64,000 nt of DNA from an uncultured virus (IMG/VR IMGVR_UViG_3300025277_000017) (IMGVR_UViG_3300025277_000017), one strand, 5' to 3'. Counted from the first letter of the stretch, positions 18,231 to 25,617 are shown. Made by a program: numbers and translations. Notes: generated from the letters alone by a model not told the origin.

Positions 18231-18259
18231 ATTATAACACAAACAGTTCAGGAAAGCAA
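18231..18259 (-). promoter_or_regulatory. Sigma70 promoter
   Basis: TTGCTT-17-TATAAT with extended TG. Confidence 0.75.
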
Positions 18260-18447
18260 GGACTGTTTTGGGAGGGAAATCCCAGGCGCCCGGTGCGTCA
18301 TCACCAGGATTCTTGGACCAAAATAAAACTGCGGAAAATAAGGGAGTTTGGGAGTTTTGAGGCGACCAGCAACCTGCTGCGCCTGGGAACCAGCTGCATC
18401 AGTTCAGGCCGAAGCAGCCAGTTATATCCCGGGAGCTTGATGGAGTT

Positions 18448-18534
18448 TTAACCCCACCAATAGTTAAAGCCATACCATAAAAAGAAGCAGAAAACCGCCA
18501 ATTTTATAGGTATGAGTAATGTAAGTCAATCCAT
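18448..18534 (-). pseudogene. Small membrane peptide gene with TGA at codon 3
   Basis: MD*LTLLIPIKLAVFCFFLWYGFNYWWG; own promoter and AAGGT SD; resembles 24856-24954. Confidence 0.6.
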
Positions 18535-18573
18535 ACTACCTTCTCTTTCTACCTGCAATTACAGGTGATTACA

Positions 18574-18629
18574 ATCATACCAGGTGACATCAGGATCGTC
18601 AACAGGAAAATAATGGCGGAAATCAGCCA
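18574..18629 (-). promoter_or_regulatory. Sigma70 promoter with upstream 17-bp motif
   Basis: TTGACG-17-TATGAT with extended TG; ATGGCGGAAATCAGCCA at 18613-18629. Confidence 0.75.
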
Positions 18630-18823
18630 TTCATCTCCGTGAGAAACCCCGCGGGCGCCCCGGTGCGCAAACTGTCCTGAATACGAAATCCCAGAAAAGT
18701 CCCATTTATAGTGGGAGTTTGGGAGTTCTGCCCTTGACAACGCTGCCGGGATCGCCCCGGGCGCCCAGTTAACCCTCCCGCAACCACCAATAAAAATCGG
18801 TAATATGCGGGAGTTTGGGAGTT

Positions 18824-19036
18824 CTAGTTCGTTTGGGGTTTGAAGATGTTCCTCACTTGGTGACCGAAACTGTCCTCTGCCTCTTTGTGTGCTTCCTCTA
18901 CACGCTTGGCATTACGAGTCATAACGGGAACAACCCCGTCATAATGATTCGCAATCCTAGTTAATATTGAATTCATTTCTTCTTGATTCTCAGCAATGCG
19001 ATTCAATGCTTCAGTAATCGATTGGTCTACTACCAT
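18824..19036 (-). CDS. Hypothetical coiled-coil early protein
   Basis: 70 aa, AAGGT SD, own promoter. Confidence 0.75.
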   Translation of the reverse strand: MVVDQSITEALNRIAENQEEMNSILTRIANHYDGVVPVMTRNAKRVEEAHKEAEDSFGHQVRNIFKPQTN

Positions 19037-19131
19037 ATATACCTTTCTACTTTCTGAGTCTGTTATGAATCACTTCAAAGGGACTCAATCTACTGTCTTT
19101 TTTTATATGTGCTACAGCTACACATAATAGT

Positions 19132-19160
19132 ATTATACCATAAACTTATCCACAATGCAA
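19132..19160 (-). promoter_or_regulatory. Sigma70 promoter with DnaA box in spacer
   Basis: TTGCAT-17-TATAAT, extended TG; TTATCCACA at 19146-19154. Confidence 0.85.
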
Positions 19161-19306
19161 GACATCATTTCAACTATTTTCAGGAGGGGAAATCCCGGGC
19201 TCTCTTTCTATTTATAGAAACAGAGAGGGCTGTGCCCTGAACTTGTAAACTGCGAGTACTACGAGCCAAGCGTTCATTCGTATGCCTCATCTCTATTTCT
19301 ATTTGT

Positions 19307-19335
19307 ATTATAACATAAAGTTATCCACAATGCAA
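19307..19335 (-). promoter_or_regulatory. Sigma70 promoter with DnaA box in spacer
   Basis: TTGCAT-17-TATAAT, extended TG; TTATCCACA at 19321-19329; 19321-19356 repeats 19146-19181 with one mismatch. Confidence 0.85.
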
Positions 19336-19425
19336 GACATCATTTGAACTATTTTCCTGTCAGGAACGCCCGGCGCGCCCGGTGCGGGCACTGGCCACAG
19401 GCCACCATCTAAAAAAATTTGCGCA

Positions 19426-19854
19426 TTAACGGGAGTTTGGGAGTTTCAGGAGCTTGTGCAGCGTCATCCCTGACAGGGGACCTTCGTACAATGCCCCGGG
19501 CACGGAATCATAGTCCATATCCCGGAGTTCTTGGAGTTTTGCGCTTGAGAAAAGCTTTACGGTCCTATGGCCTTGGTCGAGTATGAGAGTATAAACTGGT
19601 GCTCCGGATATTACATGAATGGTATTCCATGCCAATTGAAGGGGTGAAATCAATACCTTTCCAATACCCTTTTTATTACGTCTTGCAATTTTTAATTCTA
19701 AAGTAAAAAATCCTGTATCTTTATGAAACACAACACAATCTGGAAATCCAGGAGTAGCGTAGCTCTCAATGCGTGATACTAGGTAATGTTCCTTACCACT
19801 TGTCAATAATTTCTTTAAATTCTTCCAGAAGTTTGTTTCCGGTTTTACGGTCAT
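19426..19854 (-). CDS. PD-(D/E)XK nuclease, Holliday-junction resolvase/VRR-NUC-like
   Basis: E..RIE..PGFPD..LELK..SPLQLAW. Confidence 0.8.
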   Translation of the reverse strand: MTVKPETNFWKNLKKLLTSGKEHYLVSRIESYATPGFPDCVVFHKDTGFFTLELKIARRNKKGIGKVLISPLQLAWNTIHVISGAPVYTLILDQGHRTVKLFSSAKLQELRDMDYDSVPGALYEGPLSGMTLHKLLKLPNSR

Positions 19855-19975
19855 ACTTCTTTCTGTCCCTCACTACTCGTGGTTTGTACTTCTGTGATGT
19901 CCTTAATTCCTTCGCCACTGGATTTCTCTTCGACCGAAAGGACAGTTTGATTACCTTCTTTTCTAAATTTTCCAT
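19793..19975 (-). CDS. Small basic protein overlapping terS and the nuclease gene
   Basis: KRNPVAKELRTSQKYKPRVVRDRKKYDRK, a motif familiar from small phage proteins; AGGA upstream. Confidence 0.45.
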   Translation of the reverse strand: MENLEKKVIKLSFRSKRNPVAKELRTSQKYKPRVVRDRKKYDRKTGNKLLEEFKEIIDKW

Positions 19976-20546
19976 CTAATCCTAATTCCTTTAACTGTTT
20001 AAGAACGTCATCCCTTGACATGTCATCAATTGATCCTGTCCTAATTTCTCTTCTCTCAATATACAGTCCTGCAGCCTGTCCACGCAGCCTTTCGGCATTG
20101 ACAGCTGCACTGTATGACTTCTCTCTTAGAGCCCTCTCTCGGAGTCTTGCCAATTCCTGTACATGCTTGCCCATTTGTACTCTGTGTGTATCCGTAATTT
20201 CTTCCCTTCTTTTCAACACTGCAGCAACAACACGGGGAAATTTCTTTATGTTTAACAGCTCGGAAGCTGTAACATGTGCACGGTCAACATTATATCCAGC
20301 TTGCCTGGCACATGCTGTTGGAGTCATTCTACCCTCATTATCCGTATATATTTCAACAAAAACCCTTTGTTTATCAGTCAATCCATCGTTCCCTTTAGGG
20401 TATTTAAGGGACATATCCCTCTTCACAATGGTATTGGCTGAGGTATTGGCTGGAAGCTTTTTTTGAATCTTGCTTAACTCTTTGTTTATACTGGTTTTTT
20501 TAACCATTTTGACCTTATTTTCACTGTTTTTCTCCACTTTTTTCAT
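19851..20546 (-). CDS. terS: Terminase small subunit
   Basis: LTDKQRVFVEIY..ACARQAGY..ASELL HTH, AAVNAE..RG..GLY; ATG at 20546 preferred to TTG at 20555. Confidence 0.8.
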   Translation of the reverse strand: MKKVEKNSENKVKMVKKTSINKELSKIQKKLPANTSANTIVKRDMSLKYPKGNDGLTDKQRVFVEIYTDNEGRMTPTACARQAGYNVDRAHVTASELLNIKKFPRVVAAVLKRREEITDTHRVQMGKHVQELARLRERALREKSYSAAVNAERLRGQAAGLYIERREIRTGSIDDMSRDDVLKQLKELGLDGKFRKEGNQTVLSVEEKSSGEGIKDITEVQTTSSEGQKEV

Positions 20547-20661
20547 CCTTGCCAATACCTTGCCAATACCCGGTATCCCTTATCCCATAACGAGAATCGC
20601 AAAAGGTATTGCGGTATTGGCTGAAAACTACTTTTCGTAAAAGTAAAAATTGATTTGAGCA

Positions 20662-20967
20662 TCACAGCGCAATACCAATACCTTTACTAGTAATGATGAT
20701 TGACCTCTTCATATATGGAATTAACCTAACATATCCGCGCTTTTTTAAGCTATGCACGAAGGCATGTATACGACTTTTCGACTTATAGTTCAATACCTGT
20801 TTCATCTCCTCATAGGAGGGTGAATACCCATTTTGGTCCATAAAATCGGCTAAAAACTTGAGAAATTTGGCCTGCTTGGGGGTCAATCCAAACTGATCCT
20901 TGCCAATACCTTTGCCAATACCTTCCTGGTTTACGTATTTTATTTCATTTTCCGTTAATTTTACCAT
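20662..20967 (-). CDS. LexA-type DNA-binding domain without peptidase
   Basis: LTPKQ..NGYSPSYEEM..SKSRIH..LKKRGYV..RSI. Confidence 0.85.
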   Translation of the reverse strand: MVKLTENEIKYVNQEGIGKGIGKDQFGLTPKQAKFLKFLADFMDQNGYSPSYEEMKQVLNYKSKSRIHAFVHSLKKRGYVRLIPYMKRSIIITSKGIGIAL

Positions 20968-21051
20968 TTTAATACGCTCCGCATGTGCTTAAAAGAATCA
21001 GCACTAATAATATAATAAGCACTAATAATGTAACTACTTCTATCTTAGATA

Positions 21052-21390
21052 TCATTTTTTGTCCTCATATCCTGTTGTATCCGGGTGTCCATAATAATCC
21101 TTGCGTAACTTAGTGGTCATCTCCCATTTACCCCATTCACCAATGGATTCCGGCGTAAATGATTTTCTCAAGTCTTTTTTCATCTGCACTTCCTCATCGC
21201 TGAGAGGGATCCGCACTGGAGCCTTATCATTATACTTATAACCCGTAAGTGGTGCCCATGTGAAGAGGAGATTTTTGTCCTTCCACTTTTCATTGATGAA
21301 AGCGGAAGCGCCCTCATCGTTACTGAACTCCCTTACGATTTTTTCCTTTAGGGTTTGCTTGTCCCACAAGTTGAACTCGTACATTCTCAT
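21052..21390 (-). CDS. Hypothetical protein
   Basis: 112 aa, AAGGA SD. Confidence 0.7.
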   Translation of the reverse strand: MRMYEFNLWDKQTLKEKIVREFSNDEGASAFINEKWKDKNLLFTWAPLTGYKYNDKAPVRIPLSDEEVQMKKDLRKSFTPESIGEWGKWEMTTKLRKDYYGHPDTTGYEDKK

Positions 21391-21703
21391 ATTCTTTTCC
21401 TTTATCCAAATACCAAATTTTATCTATCCAACTCCTTGGAATTGAACAGAACCTTCCGCCGTCCAGTTCTTTTTTCTCCGCACCTTCCCAGCAGATGCTA
21501 CCCATGATGACAATCTTTTCCTTGTCCTCATGGACAATCCATCCGACATCATAAACCTGTGCCAACCCGTGTTTAAGTACCTGGGCAATCGGCGTCCAGC
21601 CACCTTCACCGTCCTGCGCGTCAAGCCAGTGTATTACAGCCAGACGTGCCTTACTCGGCGTAAAAACCGGCTTCTTCGACTTCTTCTTTTGCAGTGCTTT
21701 CAT
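21320..21703 (-). CDS. Conserved phage protein
   Basis: IHWLDA..GW..VGWIVHED..IPRSWI. Confidence 0.7.
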   Translation of the reverse strand: MKALQKKKSKKPVFTPSKARLAVIHWLDAQDGEGGWTPIAQVLKHGLAQVYDVGWIVHEDKEKIVIMGSICWEGAEKKELDGGRFCSIPRSWIDKIWYLDKGKEYENVRVQLVGQANPKGKNRKGVQ

Positions 21704-22031
21704 CCGTTGATTCCCTCTCTATGTTCCTGTGTCCGTCCGTGATAATCTTCATTATTTCCACGTTTGTCTGAAGCCTTACCTCGTAGTCCTGGAACACAAC
21801 AATCCAAAATGATGCCTGTCCACCAGTGTTGGTGGTCACATCGCCACGCCTGAAGTTTTCCACAGTCTTGTGGTATCCTCTAGACAGCAATTCCAGCATC
21901 TTGGATCTGAAAAGAATATCGGCGGTATGATCCTCAAACCCCAGCTGCCACGCCGGCTTTTCCATCAACTCCGTCTTGGGATTGACCTTGCCGTCGGACA
22001 TTTGGGCTATTGTAACGATTGTTTTCGTCAT
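21651..22031 (-). CDS. Hypothetical protein
   Basis: 126 aa, coupled. Confidence 0.7.
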   Translation of the reverse strand: MTKTIVTIAQMSDGKVNPKTELMEKPAWQLGFEDHTADILFRSKMLELLSRGYHKTVENFRRGDVTTNTGGQASFWIVVFQDYEVRLQTNVEIMKIITDGHRNIERESTDESTAKEEVEEAGFYAE

Positions 22032-22315
22032 TAGTTCACCTTATTCCTGTTGTTCCAATTCATATTCACCCGGTCGTAATTGTCCCGCACGACAGTCTCG
22101 TCAAATCCTGCCATTGCGGCGTCCTTCTTCATCTCCTCCGTATGCTTGATGAACTCCTCTATGATCCCCAGCACAATGTGGATTCCAAGCGGCTGTCCAT
22201 AAACGGTAACGGCGGAGATTTTCCCCACTAGCGCGGGAAACTCTATGTCGGCCTTCTCGGCCTTCCCAAGAATCTTACTTATCTCTGCGTTTGCTTTTAA
22301 TAATTCCTTTATCAC
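22031..22315 (-). CDS. Hypothetical protein
   Basis: 94 aa, GTG start with AAGGA SD. Confidence 0.7.
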   Translation of the reverse strand: MIKELLKANAEISKILGKAEKADIEFPALVGKISAVTVYGQPLGIHIVLGIIEEFIKHTEEMKKDAAMAGFDETVVRDNYDRVNMNWNNRNKVN

Positions 22316-22466
22316 GTATCCTTACTCCTTTCACTAATGCTTCCTTGCTGATAATGTGCATCATTTCCTGTCCCGGTCCACGATGCTTCGTCCTCCCCAT
22401 ACGGACCAATGCATCGTAGTACGGTATCTTTATCGCCACACTCTTGTATTTCGTGGTGTCAACCAT
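22275..22466 (-). CDS. Small DNA-binding protein (ribbon-helix-helix-like)
   Basis: DTTKYKSVAIKIPYYDAL pattern. Confidence 0.55.
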   Translation of the reverse strand: MVDTTKYKSVAIKIPYYDALVRMGRTKHRGPGQEMMHIISKEALVKGVRIRDKGIIKSKRRDK

Positions 22467-23262
22467 TCACTGCGCGTGGGTATGTTGGTTTAATGTAGGC
22501 CCCATTGCCTTGTTGCGCCACATTGAAGTAGGCTTTCTCATGACTGCTTACGCCGCGGTTGAAGATAAAATTAAATACCTCCACGTACAACGCCGCCGTG
22601 CGCTTTGTCTGCTGCAGTTCGCCGGCGTATTTGTCCACTTGCCTCATGAACCGTTTGGCATCCCAAATTGGCTGGCGCATCACCATCACCATCCCCATCA
22701 CGAATCTTTCATGCTTGTAGAGTGGTGTGTATTCTTTCAGGGATGTAAGAAAATCGGCCTTTTCAATGGCATCATGCAGGTTATCGATGGTTATATTACC
22801 ATCCCTGAATATTCCCTGCGAAGTTCTTCCCAACGGAATGTTGCATAGCAAGTCAATGTTCGCCTGAAACGTAAAACCGTATTTTCTCTTGAACCAGTCA
22901 AACGTATGGTAAGGGCCAGTTGCATCCTTCTCCGCCACCACGTTGGAATGCAGATAGTCATCATTTGTCCATTTCTTGTCAACCTGGTTGATGTCCCTGA
23001 TTTGTTCCAGCGACATGGCAGGCACAATCATGTAGTACACAGGATAGCCGCATATCTCGGCCGCCTTGAGACGGTGCTGTCCGTCATTGACCACTAGGCA
23101 TGGAAAAATAATGTTTTTTTCCGATACCACTATGGGCATAGGAACATGTCCTTTTCGCATGGACTTAACCAGCTTCTTCACGTGTTTCGGGTCAATTGGG
23201 CGATTTCCCTCTATAAACTTAAATTGACCATAGTCTGTTGTTTTGTGGATTTTATTGTCCAT
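22459..23262 (-). CDS. ParB/Srx-like N-terminal domain protein
   Basis: NRPID..HVKKLVKSM..PIVV..DGQHRLKA. Confidence 0.8.
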   Translation of the reverse strand: MDNKIHKTTDYGQFKFIEGNRPIDPKHVKKLVKSMRKGHVPMPIVVSEKNIIFPCLVVNDGQHRLKAAEICGYPVYYMIVPAMSLEQIRDINQVDKKWTNDDYLHSNVVAEKDATGPYHTFDWFKRKYGFTFQANIDLLCNIPLGRTSQGIFRDGNITIDNLHDAIEKADFLTSLKEYTPLYKHERFVMGMVMVMRQPIWDAKRFMRQVDKYAGELQQTKRTAALYVEVFNFIFNRGVSSHEKAYFNVAQQGNGAYIKPTYPRAVNG

Positions 23263-23366
23263 AATTTATTTCTCTCACTTTCATTTCTTCCACGAAAAGA
23301 ATCTTCCTTCCGCATTTATCCACACGCACACTAACGCGCGCGAGGAAACTCTTTAATGTAATTTTT

Positions 23367-24071
23367 TTATGCATTGATCCCCTTCACCGGTCCGTCCAGC
23401 TTGAAGTGCACGTTGAATGACATTGATCTTCTTTCACCCTCAGACCTAAACGGGTAGACCTGGTGTGCCAGCCATGACGGAAACAAATAAAAGTCCCCAA
23501 CCACGGGCTTCACCACATAGCTGTGTCGCGCAAAATGGTTTGGAATTGATCCCAGGAATTCCAAACATCCCGCCGTTGGATGGTGGTCCTCCTTCTCATA
23601 CTCTTCCTTAAATCCTGGTGGGATCTTAAGAAACGCCACCCCGGAGAGGTTAGCGTCATGTATGTGTATGGGATTGAAGTCACCAGCATACTGTGATACC
23701 ACCCACACGCTGAAGGATACCTTCGCCTTGTCACTCAATCCTTCCGGGAGAACGCGCTTGATGTACTCATGCGCCATCGTGATGAGAAACTCGGGAAAAC
23801 CCTTGATCTCGTTGTGGTTGATCGCAACCTCCTTCTTGACGTTGCCGGCGAGGTTATGGGACCAGTCCCTTTCCTTGCTCAGCTTCTCGTCATGCAGGAT
23901 TTCGTCCGCCTGCACGTTGAGAAGGTTGACATAGCCCTGCGGCATGTTGACCTTCAGGATGCTCGGCCCAAACGGCTGGTAGATGTCGTACTGTATCTCT
24001 TTCTCAGCCAGGGTCTGTTCCCTCCCATTTGTCGAAGTCATATCCTGCGTCTTCAAATTCCTCGTCGTCAA
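23367..24071 (-). CDS. 2OG-Fe(II) oxygenase family protein
   Basis: FNPIHIH, LSGVAFL, LFPSWLAHQVYPF, RRSMSFN; true start may be 24041. Confidence 0.85.
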   Translation of the reverse strand: MTTRNLKTQDMTSTNGREQTLAEKEIQYDIYQPFGPSILKVNMPQGYVNLLNVQADEILHDEKLSKERDWSHNLAGNVKKEVAINHNEIKGFPEFLITMAHEYIKRVLPEGLSDKAKVSFSVWVVSQYAGDFNPIHIHDANLSGVAFLKIPPGFKEEYEKEDHHPTAGCLEFLGSIPNHFARHSYVVKPVVGDFYLFPSWLAHQVYPFRSEGERRSMSFNVHFKLDGPVKGINA

Positions 24072-24201
24072 TTATCTCGTCGATCCTCTCAACGATCGCT
24101 TCTTCTTTTGCGTGAAGCGCCTCTAGTTTACCAAGCTCTTTCTTGATTTTTTGCAGAGGTGTTAGTTTCTTTCTTGCTTTTTTCTTTGTTTTCTTTGCCA
24201 T
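24004..24201 (-). CDS. Small basic/acidic protein
   Basis: 65 aa, GGAGG SD. Confidence 0.75.
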   Translation of the reverse strand: MAKKTKKKARKKLTPLQKIKKELGKLEALHAKEEAIVERIDEIIDDEEFEDAGYDFDKWEGTDPG

Positions 24202-24210
24202 AATTACCTC

Positions 24211-24600
24211 CTATAGCTTTTCAATCTTGTCAACCCACTCCCTAATGAGTGGCTTTCCCAGTTGCAGTGGCCCTTGCAGATATTGTCCGCTTCCGTCACT
24301 GCCAACAAACTTTAGTGTCCTTATCATCGCATCCTCTTCATTCTTAGCGCGTATCGTATAAGCGAATGTATATTCCCTTTTCGTAACAATGCGGTAAGTG
24401 TTCTTTTCCTCGCCCTTTTCAACATGGAACGTATCCATCCCGCCAATGCGTTTTTCAATCTTGCCTTCCTGCGGACGCTCGAAGGCGACCTTGGGCTGCT
24501 TGTATTTCCTTGAGTCCTTGATCGCTTGTTCAGCTCGTTTCGCACGAATCTTGTTTCGCTGCTCCTGTATGTGTTTTTCTTTTTGTTCATTCATCCTCAA
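24211..24600 (-). CDS. Hypothetical protein
   Basis: 129 aa in operon. Confidence 0.7.
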   Translation of the reverse strand: MRMNEQKEKHIQEQRNKIRAKRAEQAIKDSRKYKQPKVAFERPQEGKIEKRIGGMDTFHVEKGEEKNTYRIVTKREYTFAYTIRAKNEEDAMIRTLKFVGSDGSGQYLQGPLQLGKPLIREWVDKIEKL

Positions 24601-24779
24601 AATCTTTTGACCGACGCAATTTCGTCCCTGAAATCACCCCACCTGTATTCCTCCATGTCATCAACTCCGTAGCCGTAGCGGCGCATGAGAATTGACATGA
24701 CGCGTCTAAGCCTGGGACGCTCCTCGGGTTTGTCCTTCAATTCATCCTTTAATTTCAGTAACTTGTTGTACGTGCTCAT
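24597..24779 (-). CDS. Hypothetical protein
   Basis: 60 aa, overlapping stop/start junctions. Confidence 0.7.
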   Translation of the reverse strand: MSTYNKLLKLKDELKDKPEERPRLRRVMSILMRRYGYGVDDMEEYRWGDFRDEIASVKRF

Positions 24780-24856
24780 TTTCTCATGGTCCAGAACATT
24801 ATAATTAGTCCCACTGATATGATCACTGCGTACAGAAAAATGTTGAATGGGTCCAT
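24776..24856 (-). CDS. Small membrane peptide (26 aa)
   Basis: MDPFNIFLYAVIISVGLIIMFWTMRK; TAATG and ATGA coupling. Confidence 0.7.
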   Translation of the reverse strand: MDPFNIFLYAVIISVGLIIMFWTMRK

Positions 24857-24954
24857 TACATTCCCAACCATGTTGTGTACACCCAGATCAAGATTTGGAA
24901 CGCTATCCAAACCTTGATTGGGATCACAAGCAACCAGAAAAGCGACCAGATCAT
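24856..24954 (-). CDS. Small membrane peptide (32 aa)
   Basis: MIWSLFWLLVIPIKVWIAFQILIWVYTTWLGM; ATGA coupling. Confidence 0.7.
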   Translation of the reverse strand: MIWSLFWLLVIPIKVWIAFQILIWVYTTWLGM

Positions 24955-25346
24955 TTTCTTACACCGTTAATCACTTTTGCAAGTGTCCCAATGCGGACTT
25001 TCTCCACTTCCTTTGGTGTGAGAGAATTTTTCCTTATCGCTATGTATTCATAATCCAAGTTACCGTGCTTTTTTTGAACGAGGGTGACGAGGTTGTTGTC
25101 ATAGGCACTCAATACATGCCTTCTGAACTTGTCCACGCGCACCCTGTCGTTCGTTGGCGCGATCCGCTGGATTGTCGGATCCACGATATATCCACGGTAG
25201 TAGGATAACTTTTCTCCCTTTCTGGACTTGTTGATCCAGTTTTGGAATGCCTTGAAACTCATCATAATGTTATTAAGCTCCCCATCGCTGAGGTAGCTTC
25301 TCTTGTCCTTGGAATAAATTCCTGTCTTGTTATAAACTCTTGTCAT
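24951..25346 (-). CDS. Conserved phage protein
   Basis: 131 aa; YYRG..LVTLVQKK..YEYIAIR. Confidence 0.75.
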   Translation of the reverse strand: MTRVYNKTGIYSKDKRSYLSDGELNNIMMSFKAFQNWINKSRKGEKLSYYRGYIVDPTIQRIAPTNDRVRVDKFRRHVLSAYDNNLVTLVQKKHGNLDYEYIAIRKNSLTPKEVEKVRIGTLAKVINGVRK

Positions 25347-25431
25347 CTCATCTCTTTTTTTAGGTGGGCCACACCCAGATGGCCCACCCTTAGGAAATCA
25401 TAATATGTCTAACTATATTATAACAGCCCAT

Positions 25432-25487
25432 ATTATAGGGTAAATAATGGGATAAGTCAAGTAAATAATTATGGCGGAAATCAGCCA
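25432..25487 (-). promoter_or_regulatory. Sigma70 promoter with upstream 17-bp motif
   Basis: TTGACT-17-TATAAT (25460-25432); ATGGCGGAAATCAGCCA at 25471-25487; 9-bp leader hairpin 25363-25388. Confidence 0.8.
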
Positions 25488-25518
25488 AAAAACCTTGTCA
25501 AGTAAAAAATCACTTTGT

Positions 25519-25549
25519 TGTTGCATAAATACAACAGGTATTGTATAAC
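25519..25549 (+). promoter_or_regulatory. Putative promoter overlapped by 18-bp palindrome copy 2
   Basis: TTGCAT-17-TATAAC; TGTTGCATAAATACAACA at 25519-25536. Confidence 0.5.
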
Positions 25550-25577
25550 AAAATCCTCAACTTCATTTCATCTCGGT

Positions 25578-25617
25578 GGACCTTGTGAGCACATTCGTTG
25601 CTCCAAGGTCCCTTTTT
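25578..25617 (+). terminator. Terminator-like hairpin
   Basis: GGACCTTG(T)GAGCA-CATTCGT-TGCTCCAAGGTCC followed by CTTTTT. Confidence 0.6.

Larger units (their letters stand above)
17693..19446. repeat. Dispersed bipartite repeat CCCGG(T)GCG-N43-45-GGGAGTTTGGGAGTT
   Basis: Copies at 18113-18180, 18289-18357, 18659-18727, 18756-18823, 19378-19446; degenerate copy 17693-17762. Confidence 0.85.
19651..20922. repeat. Paired (G)CCAATACC motifs in both orientations
   Basis: Pairs at 19651-19668, 20430-20450, 20551-20570, 20605-20621, 20669-20682, 20902-20922. Confidence 0.75.

Noticed and set aside
18526..18528. Genome-wide TGA recoding to Trp
   Set aside because: TGA ends many genes with normal coupling (e.g. 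terL, polA) and long genes are uninterrupted
18221..18740. ORFs 18221-18451 (+) and 18549-18740 (-)
   Set aside because: They run across promoter and repeat elements and lack SD or protein-like features
17693..19446. CRISPR array or integron attC array
   Set aside because: Repeat units are irregularly spaced, bipartite and not palindromic; no cas or integrase gene is present
22459..23262. Complete dnd phosphorothioation cluster based on DGQHR
   Set aside because: No DndD or DndE-like genes; the motif is also typical of phage ParB-like domains
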